This document shows positions 52,150 to 64,000 of a stretch of 64,000 nt of DNA, in pieces; position 1 is the first letter of the stretch; each line of letters opens with the position of its first letter. Made by a program: the position numbers and the translations under genes. The notes beneath the pieces were generated by a model. That model ran no database searches. It had not been told where the DNA came from and saw nothing but the letters and a program-made list of their open reading frames with translations. The stretch comes from Octopus sinensis (lineage: Eukaryota). The stretch lies in assembly GCF_006345805.1 (NCBI RefSeq), contig NC_043012.1, positions 59,402,962 to 59,466,961 of the forward strand, written 5' to 3'.

Positions 52150-53700
52150 CCTCCTTCTTCCTTCTTTCCTGAGCGTCCAATAATACTTTATTTGTCCACG
52201 TCCTCGCGTTGCTGTGTTTTTTTTTTGTTTTCTTGTTTGGATTAACTTTATATATATATGTATATATATTATATAGATATCTATATATATATTATATAAT
52301 ATATATATATATATAGATATATATATATATATATTATATATATATATGTATGTATGTATGTATGTACATATTGTATGTGGTGGTCAAATTTACTCTAAGG
52401 AAAGGCTGTCCGAAACGTTTCGATTCCATTCAACCAGTAACTTCATAGTAACTGTTTCGGTCACTTCTTCAAATCATGTGTGTGTTGTGTGTGCGTGTGT
52501 ACATGTGCGTGTGTGTGCATGTGTGCGTGTGTGTGTGTGTGTGTGCGCGTGTGTACATGAATGTGTGTGTGTATGGTTGTGTGCAGTTTTCAATTTCCAC
52601 CCCCCCACCAAACTCTTTTTTGTTTTTTTTTTCTTGCCGACTATATTTTTATCGGTTAAATTTTAGTTCTTTATTCATGTCTCACCTAGTATTGATTTAT
52701 TGATTTCCAGTGTATATATCTCTATATCGATTTCTTGATTTTTCTTGATTTCTTAAATCCTAGCACCATGTCTGTGAGAGAATGGTTTCTGTTCAACGAA
52801 ATTTGACCAGTGTATTACGACTACATTATTTATTCAAATACAGACAAATTAAAGTAAACACTACACTCTCTCAGTAACCTTAACAATGTTTACACAACTA
52901 AACTGATTTCTCACTGAATATAGATCAGTAAATGTATTCTTGTTTACCTTCATTCTTTTATTCTTTTATTCTCATATTCTTTTTCTTGCTTCAGTCATTG
53001 TGATGCGATCATGGTGGCGGAACGCCTTGAATTCGATTATGCTAACCCCAGTAATCATTTTTATGTGCGTTACTTACATAATTGAGCGATGTTTGCCGGA
53101 GTGCTAAGTGAGGGGGATGGTCGTAAATAATGATGCATACAATTATAATACACACAAATATATATATACATATAGACACACAAGACACACGTATATACGT
53201 ATACCTACGCTATAAATGTGTGTCTCAGTGTGCATAGCTATATATATAAAACTCAACTTGTGTGTCTGTGTGTTTAACTTCCCGGCACATCTCCTCCTAG
53301 CCAACAAATCGTAGAACCGCCAAAAATGGGTCACTTAAAGTTTAGGTGAATGAAAATTGAACTGCGCTATTTCTGTTCCGAAATTCATCTCGCATGTGCA
53401 AAAATCGATAATGTGTTTGTTTAGGCCTTATCTCATGCATTGAATAGTGAACTTTACTCAGTCAGCTGTTTGAAGTGTACTGTGTTCACAACGCGTGCAA
53501 GAATGCGTAAATTGCATGAAAAATAAATAATCAAGATATAAAAACGAATCGCCGTAAACGTTGTAGAAATTCTGCAAAGAAATGAATCTTCGGAATGTAG
53601 CCTGGATGGTTTTTTCGTATTAATCGTTTGGACTTTTCATAACATTTTTAAAAGCTTTGAATTAAATGTGACCATTTTGCAAAGCCGGGCAATACTGCTA

Positions 53701-53742
<42 letters not shown>

Positions 53743-53770
53743 TATTATATATAATATATATATATATATC

Positions 53771-53801
<31 letters not shown>

Positions 53802-53863
53802 TATATATAGATATATATATATATATGTTTGTATATGATATATAGTAATGTATATATATTTGT

Positions 53864-54095
53864 GTGAAGCGCATGGCTCGGTGATTAGAGCATCGAGGTT
53901 ACGATTGCGAGGTTGTAAGTTCGATTTACGGACGGGGCTGCGTGTTGTGTTCTAGAGCAAGACACTTTATTTCACATTGCTCCCGTTAACTCAGCTGTAG
54001 AACTGAGTTGCGACATCATTGGTGCCAAGCTCTATCGGCCTTTGCCTTTCCCTTGGATAACATCAGTGGTGTGGAGAGGGCAAGCTGGTATGCAT
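53864..54095 (+). mobile_element. SINE family E, 3'-truncated
   Basis: Homologous to the reverse complement of 33060-33398. Confidence 0.85.
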
Positions 54096-54100
54096 ATATC

Positions 54101-54199
<99 letters not shown>

Positions 54200-54224
54200 T
54201 ATATAGGTGAGGGCGTGCTATCTT

Positions 54225-54310
54225 GGCACTTATCGTCTGCTATAGCCTCGGACCAACCGAAGCCTTGTGTGTGAATTTTGTAGACAAGAAGTGAAAAAAT
54301 CCCGTCCTAT

Positions 54311-54345
<35 letters not shown>

Positions 54346-54608
54346 TATATATATATATAATATATATATATATGGTTATATTTATGTGTGTGTCTTTTTT
54401 CCATGTTTGTCAATCCATCAGGCTTGACAATCGGAGTTAGTGTGTTTATGTCCCCGTAACTTAGCGGCTCGGCAAAATAAAACGATATAATGAGCACTAG
54501 ACTAAAAGTATAAGTCCTGGTGTCGATTTATTCGACTAAAACACTCGAAGACGGTGCTCTAGCATGGCCGCAGTCAAATGACGGAAGCTTGTAAAGGAAT
54601 AAAAGAAA
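54225..54608 (+). mobile_element. SINE family A, 5'-truncated
   Basis: Body and tail match family A. Confidence 0.85.
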
Positions 54609-54623
54609 ATGTGTATGTGTGTA

Positions 54624-55050
54624 AGGCGGCGAGCTGGCAGAAACGTTAGCACGCCGGGCGAAATGCTTAGCAGTATTTCGTCTGCTGCTACGTCCTCAGT
54701 TCAAATTCCGCCGAGGTCGACTTTGCCTTTTATCCTTTCGGGGTCGATAAATTAAGTACCATTTACGCACTGGTGTCGATGTAGTCGACTCAATCGCTTT
54801 GCCTGTCCTTGTTTGTCCCCTCCATGTTTAGCCCCTTGTGGACAATAAAGAAATAAGAATCTTTAGCACGCTATCCAAAATGCTTAGTGGTATTTCGTCT
54901 GTCTTTATGTTCTGAGTTCAAATTTCGCAGAGGTCGATTTTGCCTTTCATCGCTTCGGGGTCGATATATTAAATAGCAGTTGCGTACTGAGGTCGATCTA
55001 ATCAACTGGCCCCTCCCTCCAAATTTCGGGCTTTGTACCCTGTGTAGAAA
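54624..55050 (+). mobile_element. SINE family B full copy plus second partial copy
   Basis: ggcggcgagctggcagaaacgttagcacg.. to aataaagaaata (54855), then restarts at ~54864. Confidence 0.9.
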
Positions 55051-55508
55051 AGAATATTTGTATGTGTGTATGCATATGTAAGTAAACACACACATACACA
55101 CGTATAATTTCAATCGGGTGTTTACCTTATTAAGTTCTTCTGCAGGTACAGTCAATCAGACGGACGGTAATCCAGAGCTTGTCTGTGTTCCCAAACACAT
55201 GACTGAAAAATTCACAAGTATCTGCCGAGCATTTACAATTACAAATAAGAAAGGAGTGATGAGATCCTTTTTTTACATAAATTTATTACATTAATTTCTG
55301 GAAATGAATTTTTAAACAATTCTGATGAGTTGAATTCGAAACCTCTTGAATAAATTGTTGCATATAATATTACATAATATAACAATATTCATGAGATCAA
55401 ATTCCAATAAAACAGATGTAAATTAATATTATTAAAGGACTTGCAGACTCCATTTTCCCTGTTAAATAACACAAGCACAGGCATACAAACGTATATATGT
55501 ATATATTG

Positions 55509-55541
<33 letters not shown>

Positions 55542-55798
55542 ATATATTATATGCATATATATATATTATATATATATTATATATATATATTATATATTAT
55601 ATATATATTATATGCATATATATATATTATATATATATATATATATTATATGCATATATATATATTATATATATATATTATATATATATATATTATTATA
55701 TATTATATATATATATATAATATATCTATATATATATATATATATATTATATGTATATATATATATTATAATATATGTATATATATATATATTATATT

Positions 55799-55856
<58 letters not shown>

Positions 55857-55907
55857 CACCTCCCTACACCCCTCCCCTATATTTATATATATATACTCAC
55901 ATATATA

Positions 55908-56305
55908 TGAGTTGCCGTGTGGGTAAAAGCTTGCTTCCGAACCACTTAGTTTCTGGTTCAGTCCCACTGCGTGGCACCTTTGATCAGTGTCTTCTACTAT
56001 AGCTTCGGGCCGATCAAAGCCTTGTATGTGGATTTGGTAGTTGGAAACTGAAAGAATCCCTTCGTTTATGTATACATACATAAATATATGTGTATTTGTC
56101 TATCTGTGTGTGTTTTTCCCCACACCATCGCTTGACATTCGATGCAGGTGTGTTTACGTCCCCGTAACCTAGCGGTTCGGCATAAGAGACCGATAGAATA
56201 AGTGCTAGGCTCACAAAGAGTAAGACATGGGGTCGATTTCTTCGACTGGGAGGTGGTGCTCCGGCATGGCTGCAGTCAAATGACTGAAACAAGTAGAATA
56301 CTAAA
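55908..56305 (+). mobile_element. SINE family A
   Basis: Full-length match. Confidence 0.88.
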
Positions 56306-56855
56306 GGCCCCCCCACACACACACACACACACACGCGCGCACACACACGCACACACACGCACGTGCGCGCGCACACACACACACACACAAACACACCCAT
56401 ATGTATATAAGACACGTGCCTAAAATACCGGGCAGTGAGACCGAACCTCTAACAAGAAGGCCGTGGAGCAAACTATCTAATCACATAACTAAGAGATTTC
56501 TGGTTGTTGTTGCGGATGTTGTTGTTGTTGAGTCCAAAAAGGTCGTGATCGAACAGGCTTATGCACAAAAGTTTCCAGCCATGACCTTCCCATCGTTTAT
56601 TTAGATATATTCTTCGTTCCGTGGACTACACACGTTTTCATGTATTCTTTTATTTTTAGGATAAGAGTGTGTAATTTGAGATGGGCTTAATGTATGGCTG
56701 TGTGGTTAAGGAGTTACCTTTGAAACCATGTGTTTCGTGTTCCATCCCATTGTGCGACACCTCGGGAGAATGTCTTCTGCTAGAGTCCTGGCCCCACCAA
56801 TGCATTACGAGTGAATTTCGTAGATGGAAATATATATGTATATATTTGTATGTAT

Positions 56856-57270
56856 AGGCGTAGGAGTGGTTGTGTGGTATGTAGCTTGCTTAAAAACCAC
56901 ATGGTCCCAGGTTCAGTGCCACGCAGTGGGACTTTGGGCAAGTGTCTTCTACTATAGCGTCGAACCGACCAAAGCCTTGTGAGTGGATTTGGTAGACTGA
57001 AACTGAAAGAAGCCCGTCGTATATATGTATATATATGTGTGTGTGTGTGCATATGCTTGTGTGTCTGTGTTTCTCCCCCCCCCAACATCACTTAACAACC
57101 GATGCTGGTGTGTATATGTTCCCGTAACTTAGCGGTTCGGCAAAACAGACCGATAGAATAAGTACTAGGCTTACAAAGAATAAGTCCAGGGGTCGATTTC
57201 CTCGACTAAAGACGATGCTCCAGCATGACCTCAGTCAAATGACTGAAACAAGTAAAAGAGTAAAAGAGTA
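56856..57270 (+). mobile_element. SINE family A, full length, nested in an older A-like copy (56692-56830 and 57283-57370)
   Basis: An older head lies before it and an older tail after it. Confidence 0.88.
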
Positions 57271-57773
57271 AAAAAAAAGCATGTACTGGTGTCGATTTGC
57301 TGAAGTAAACACTTCAAGGTGGTGCCCCAGCATGACCGCAGTCTAATGACTGACACAAGTAAAACATAAACTATAATAAGTAAAAGCTGCTACATTCATA
57401 AAGACTTATTCGTTTCCGGAAGTCAATGTTGCTGTAATCAAAAGGAATAAATATGGCCGATCTTTAAATGCAAAGCACTGAAGGAAATCAGCTAAGGAGA
57501 AGCATACATCTTGTTCTATAAGGGCTTCCTGCAAGTCTTAAAATAAACATATTAAAGAACCCTGTCTATAGTTCCCATTATACCATTTTATATCCCAGAA
57601 GAACATTGGGTAAGGGTACGTAGAAGTAATTTCTGTCTGACAATCTCGACTTACAGATATGAACATTTACTAAGCAGGTTCATCCACTTTGGGAATATGT
57701 GTGCGTATGTGTGTGTATATTTACATATATATGTATATACATTATATATATATAATGTATGTATGTATGCATG

Positions 57774-57809
<36 letters not shown>

Positions 57810-59225
57810 TAAATATAAATATACATACATATATACATATATATACACATGTGCATATATATATAGATATATTTGTATTATAAACATATAAACACACAAA
57901 CATATATATACATACTCACCCACCCATATGTATATACACATACATGACACACACACATATATGTATATATATATTTATGTATATGCTTGTGTATGTATGT
58001 ATATATACACAGTTGTAAAGAATAAATGAACTCTTGGGACACGATCTACGCGTGTTGAACAACTAAATAAACAGTCTATTAAACAGAAAGCGCAAATCGT
58101 TCTTAGACTCGCCCGCGCGCACACACACACACACACACACACATACATACACACCACACACACACACTGGCACAGGGAGATATGCATTTATACCCATTTA
58201 TTCACACGCTGAAATCCGAACTGATGGAAGACGTTCTCGAAAAGAGGAAGTATTTGTTTATAATCCCATCTAAGGTCACCGAAATAACTGTGATTGATAA
58301 TAAACAGCACCATTTTTTATAACTCATTATTTTATTTTGTTTTGTTAGTTCAAGGTAAGGCAACCACTAGTACAAGTTCCGGTGAACGTTTATCACGTGA
58401 CACCTCCACCCTAAACCTTCCTTCATCGCCATTATCTTCGTTTTCTCCACCCATTTATTACATGACTGTCAGTAATGATCTGTTTTAATTTTCAGTTGGT
58501 AAACACGTGTTACTGGGTTCCGGGTATTAATATTTGATAATGATTATTTTTTCCCTTCATTCCGTTCTTGTTTATTTATTTATTTATTTTATTTGCATGT
58601 TTATTCATACATTTTATTCTTTTCTCATCCATCCCCAAGACTTACTTTCTCCCTGCCAATTCATTTCTGAAGACTTTATCTCGCCTTATCTTCTTCCCTC
58701 GTCATATTTCAACAAGAATATGATAGCATTTCTTTTGGAGCGAATCCAATTCTATCCTTCATTCGAGACCTCCGACATATTGATTTTTTTTTTATCCATG
58801 CAAATAGTTTAGGAATTTTAAAGATATAAATCTGCTTCAATTATAGTACCAACTTTCGAAAGATTTATTATTGTCATAACTCAAGCAATTTACTTTATCT
58901 CCTTTGTATTTAAGATGTATTTAAAGATTTATTTAAGATCAATCTTATCTCTATCTTTAATCCCTACAAAGTTATATTTTATTTATTCTGTATTATTTTA
59001 TTTCCAAATTCTTTCTTTTCTCTGAGTTTGTTTTTCTCTTTGCTTTGGCTAACTTTATCCATGTTGGCTTCTACTTCCCTAGGTTAAAACGTACTCTATC
59101 TTTAAAGAAACGGCAAACGGGAAGAACTATTTTCATGACATTTTATATGAGAGCAGCGATTTGTTTAACTTGGAATTGAAACCAAAATCACATTATCGGC
59201 TTGCTGGAACATGTATTTATTTATT

Positions 59226-59500
59226 TGTTGTTTGTTGCTTCTCGACCAACGCCTGGCTCATAAGGGCCGGTTTCCCGGTTTCCTTGGCGCATAGGTTCCG
59301 CACCTGGACGGGACGCCGGTGGAAAGAGTGATAGAAAGTTGTGGCGAAAGAGTCTGCCGAAATTCGCCATTACCTTCTACCGGAGCCGCGTGGAGCTTAG
59401 GTGCTTCGCTCATAAACACACACATTGCCCGCTCTGAGTTTCGAACCCGCGATCCCTCGACCACAAGTCCGCTGCTCTAACCACTAGGCCATGTACCTCC
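59226..59500 (-). mobile_element. SINE family C with internal deletion
   Basis: Reverse complement of 5414-5718, lacking ~30 bp. Confidence 0.9.
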
Positions 59501-59589
59501 ACTGTATTTATTTATTTATTTATTTATTTATTCATTAATGTATTGTTATTGTTTCAGTTGGAAGTACAAAACTGTCATTCCATATCAGT

Positions 59590-60250
59590 AACTTTTGATA
59601 TGTGGACATATAGAAGAATGTTAGGTCTATCTTGGACAAATCAAAACAAAAGTGCTGCATCTAGCAAACACGAAACACGATTACTTTCACCTGTTAACAA
59701 TAGTTGAAAGTACTTTGATCACACAGTAAGAGCACAAGATATGCGAAGGCTGTTGTGTGAAGGAAAGATAAATGGCAAACAATCAAGAGGAAAAACCAAC
59801 AACAAGCTTGTTTGATGAAATCAAGGAGTGGACTAAACTATTATATCGTGAATGATATTGACAAAAACTCTGACAATCTAGAAGCTTTTGATATATGGAC
59901 ATAATAGGAATGTTAAGGATATCTTGGACTAAGCATAAACCTAACGAAGAAGTGCTACAACTGGCAAAAGCATAAACGATAGTTACTCTCTCTTTCAACT
60001 ATTATAAAAAAGGGGAACCTCAAGTACTTTGGTCACATACTAAGAGCATACGGCATGCAATGACTATTGCTACAAGGAAAGATAAATGGCAAATACTCAA
60101 GAGGATGTCCTACCAGAAACTGGTTTGATAACATCAAAGACTGGAAGAAATTGTCATGTGGCGAATGTCTAAGAATGGCAAAGAAAAGCCCCCAATGATA
60201 ATCCTTGTAATTAAAACTACTGAGAGGAGATGACATCTAATAATGATGAA
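59590..60250 (+). mobile_element. Two tandem RTE-clade LINE 3' ends (59590-59850 and 59878-60250)
   Basis: FDMWTYRRMLGLSWT..KYFDH..EGKINGKQSRG; second copy LEAFDIW..MLRISWTKHKPNEEVL..LKYFGHILR..LLLQGKINGKYSRGCPTRNWFDNIKDW, with a short TAA/TGA repeat tail. Confidence 0.85.
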
Positions 60251-60349
60251 TGCAGATAATGTTTAGCTTCAGCAGCTCTAAATAGACGGATGGGAGATAA
60301 GCGAAGGGAGGAAATGAATTCTAACGATGATTGTGGGCAGGCTGGCTGA

Positions 60350-60670
60350 ATATTACTTTTCAGGACTTACAATACCGATGTGCTTGATGCTGTTAATTTT
60401 CCGTGTAAACTGATGCAGATCAACATATGGCAGACAGCTTTGAGTAGAGAGAAGTTTCAAGAAGTCTCATGTTCCGTGGAGAAATAACTGGAAAGTATGG
60501 TTAGTGTGGAGCCGATGTATTGGGCACAACAGTAGTGATGAGATCTGAGAGATGAGTAGGTCAGTGATGTTTGAGGGATACAAGACATTCTGAGAAAGAG
60601 CTACAGAGCTCGCCCCATCATGACTTATATTTTTCTCAGATTTTAAAGTTGTAATAGGAGGGTGGTGTGA
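60350..60670 (-). mobile_element. Very decayed CR1-like LINE 3' end
   Basis: Minus-strand remnants resemble SFFPRT..LWN.LP..VDL..F...IN; heavily mutated. Confidence 0.4.
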
Positions 60671-61064
60671 GCAAAATGTTATAACACTGTGGTAAATGCA
60701 TTATCAGTACTCAGTTTTGTCCTTCTATGATATGGGTTCAAATCTAAAAAAATCTACAGAGTATTCTTAATACCTGGACATAATCTGAGGTCAAATATAT
60801 CCACGTTCACACAGTTATGTGAACTTGTGCCAATATCAGGAAACCGTATGAATTCCTCAAATATGTAAACAGAGCATACCGAAAATGGTAGTGGAAGAAA
60901 CTGATCTCATGTTCTTAAAACTTATGCCAACAATGAGCAAGAAGCTCACGACCCCTGGAAAAACCTCTTCTGTGCATTCTGTGTTACTGTTGGCATTACA
61001 ATCCTACTTGGATAGACATTGGCTCTGGTTCACCTTAATCATCCAATAAAGCTACAATGTAGAC

Positions 61065-61228
61065 AGGCGCATGAGTGGCTGTGTGGTAAGTAGCTCGCTT
61101 ACGAACCACATGGTTCCGGGTTCAGTCCTACTGCGTGGCACCTCGGGAAAGTATCTTCTACTATAGCCTCGGGTCGACCAAAGCCTTGTGAGTGGATTTG
61201 GTAGACGGACACTGAAAGAAACCCGTCG

Positions 61229-61259
<31 letters not shown>

Positions 61260-61460
61260 GTGTGTTTATGTTTGTCCCCCTCAACATGGCTTGACATCCG
61301 ATGTTGGTTTGTTTACGTTCCCGTAACGCAGCGGTCCGGCAAGAGAGACCGATAGAATAAGTACTAGACTTACAAAGAATAAGTCTTGGTGTCGATTTGC
61401 TCGACTAAAGGCGGTGCTCCAGCTTGGCCGCAGTCAAATGACTGAAACGAGTACAAGAGT
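61065..61460 (+). mobile_element. SINE family A, full length
   Basis: Full match. Confidence 0.9.
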
Positions 61461-62198
61461 AGTTGTACAGAATGTGACAGCAGACGGGTATCCAGGAGTT
61501 ATGAACTAGATAAAGCCCAGCCTCCTTAGAATGTAGGAAGCTAAGGGCCGAAACATTTGCATGAGGAAAGTTTCCTCTCTGAAGACCTTCCGCTGTTCAA
61601 CTCTCTTTTCAGTTCCTTACAACCTGAATGCGCTTCAGTCATAACCATTTTGACTTGGATATAAAGAACGACATTCTTCAATGTTTTGTCTCATTTTCCA
61701 AAACAATAACGTGGAAAGTAAAGGAGGTTTGACTGAGATTTTTAGCATGCCGATCAACCACGTGGAAGATCCCTTGTTGACTCGAGAAAGTGTTTTCTTT
61801 TACCTAGGGCGGCCTAAAGTACGGTTAAAGTTAATCCATATTTGTGTGTATGTCAGTGTACATTCAGGATGAAGGACTGGATCATCGAAAGAAGTACCAG
61901 TGCTGCATTGAGGGATTTTCCTCCCAAATATCATTTTCTAAATTGGGTAAGTTGAAACTAAATGTGATAATTTATGCGTTAAACCTGCAATATTAGTTGA
62001 ATGATAAATATATTTGCATTGGTGTGTATGTATTATATACATATGCGTGTGTGTGTGTATGTGTGTGTGTATGTGTGTGTGTATGTGTTTATAAACATAT
62101 GGATTAGTGCATGTGTATATATCGGTATATATAATGTTTAGTATATATATTTGCATTAAATATACTCATATGCGGCATCAATATAGAATATACATATA

Positions 62199-62483
62199 TC
62201 ACGTGACCGACCAGGCAGGCAGATGTTGCTACACATCGCTGGTCACAATGCGCTTCGCATTGTTTTAGCCTTCAAGTGACGTCACCCCGCTGGCTAAACG
62301 AGCGGGCCAACAGAAGAAAGAGTGAGAGAAAGTTGTGGCGAAAGAGTACGGCAGGGATGCTGGAGCCTCGTGGAACTTTTAGGTGTTTTCGCTCAATAAA
62401 CACTCACAACGCCCGGTCTGGAAATCGAAACCGAGATCCTACGACGGCGAGTCCGTTGCCCTAACCACTGGGGCATTGCTCCA
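62199..62483 (-). mobile_element. SINE family D
   Basis: Homologous to 13485-13793. Confidence 0.9.
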
Positions 62484-63356
62484 CATATATAATGCGTTAT
62501 AATGGGTGTATAAACTCATACATAATGTATGCATGTATATATAATATGGCATAGTAACTACTTACACACAAGCATATTTACACCCTGCGTATATAATATT
62601 GTATACGCACCAGCGCGCGCGTCTCTGCGTGTTTGCGTGGGCATATGTATGTGCAGCTATATGCGCTGTGATATTGGATTTGCAAGTCCTGATAACCCTC
62701 AAAGCATTAGAGTCATACCGGAAGTGTTTCACAGAGACAAAAGGCATGAGATTAATGACACAATGCAAAAAGCCTAGTCGTTATAATTATCGAAAATAAA
62801 GTCACTTCAGAGCCGCCTGCCTGGAAGAACAACAAAAACTAAATGAAAATATAGAGGGCGTGGGGAATGGAGATCGACTGGAACAGTGAAAAGAGCAACA
62901 ACAAAATATAAACAAAAAAAAAAGCATAAAAATAAAAGAAACCGGATTCTGAACGAACATCCGTCAAAATTCTGGTGATGGCAAATGAAATAACTTTATG
63001 CACAGAATTAGAAATAGATGAAGGAATATTAGCGAAGGAAATGAAGACGTCGAAGAACTAAATATTTAACGTTTTTACGAAAACCAAATAAATATTTAAT
63101 GGCAAAATTATACCCCTGCGGTGCCGCGCATTATTCGAAGAAGTTACAATGATACAGAAACAGTAAGGTTCAGAATATAACCAATCTGCAAAACGAAGAA
63201 TATTAGCAAAATTAATACTAAAACGTTTATGTATTTGTTTTGTAAGATTCTTGATGTGAAGACGTGTTTTGAAATAGATATTGTTTTACTTAGAGATGGT
63301 CATCATTTGTTAATTATATTCACGCACTATTTATTTGAGCATTGCTTTAGCTTTAT

Positions 63357-63490
63357 TCTTTTACTCTTTTACGCGTTTCAGTCATTTGACCGCGGCCATA
63401 CTGGACCACCGGTTTTAGTCGAAGAAACTTATTCTTTGTAAGCCTCTTTTGCCGAACCGCTAAGTTTCGGGGGTTATAAACACACCAACA
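63357..63490 (-). mobile_element. SINE family A tail fragment with deletions (another tail begins at ~63980)
   Basis: ttactcttttacgcgtttcagtcatttgac..gccgaaccgctaag. Confidence 0.8.
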
Positions 63491-64000
63491 GTTGCATATT
63501 TTTTAGCTTTAGCTTATTTCTCCGTCAAACTACTTTCATCTCTCTCTGTTCCATGTGTCTCCTTTTGCACTGCATACATCACACTGTGGGTTATGTATAT
63601 CTTTATCTGTGCATGCAATTGCGTCTCCGTCTGTCTACGTGTGTTTGGTATGTGTGACACATATGAGTATATACAACGTTACACCGAACTAAAAACTAAA
63701 ACACTACACCGAAAAGACTCCGAAGACGTTAAAGTTTTATAGTACCAATCAGCGTAAAACATGCTTAGAGGTGCGTTTGGTTGCACGAATTTGCACACAT
63801 TTGGGAACATGATAAAAAGAACAGTGTTGTGCGATGGCATAACTCAATTGAATTAGTAATCTTCCAGGCTTTATTTTAAAAATTATATTCTCTTTTAATT
63901 TGTGAGTTATATTATTCTTAGTGTGTGAATGTGTTTATAATTTATTTCAGAGCATATATACTCTTTTTTCTTTTCTCTTTTTTTACTTGTTTCAGTCATT

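Noticed and set aside
2692-61287. Recurrent peptide YDGLLSVSVYQIHSQGFG.PEAIVEDT
   Set aside because: Antisense reading of SINE family A, not a gene family
61510-61560. Hammerhead-like gccc..gggc-cgaaac (also 52395-52420)
   Set aside because: CUGANGA core absent
908-63441. Most ORF-track entries (poly-[19 protein letters not shown], poly-T/H/P)
   Set aside because: Translations of microsatellites lacking stops; no domain content

Overview
AT-rich eukaryotic intronic or intergenic DNA packed with microsatellites and interspersed repeats. The SINE families look like those I recall from octopus genomes; that species call is recognition only, not verified. No intact host gene is supported, and almost all ORF-track entries are translated microsatellites or SINE interiors. 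Contents: at least 6 tRNA-headed SINE families built from shared modules; decayed R4/Dong, RTE and CR1 LINE 3' ends; a decayed mariner carrying nested insertions; several Penelope-type hammerhead ribozyme motifs; a ~187-bp satellite; local duplications; and one 100-N gap. Most notable: (1) a 1.85-kb retroelement with only an ORF1-like frame, inserted with a perfect 15-bp TSD into the tRNA head of a SINE that itself sits in a mariner; (2) five hammerhead motifs of distinct designs; (3) a hairpin-rich 550-bp non-coding RTE-like element nested in a SINE; (4) a templated insertion copied from 0.9 kb upstream. Most repeat boundaries are approximate to about 10-20 bp.
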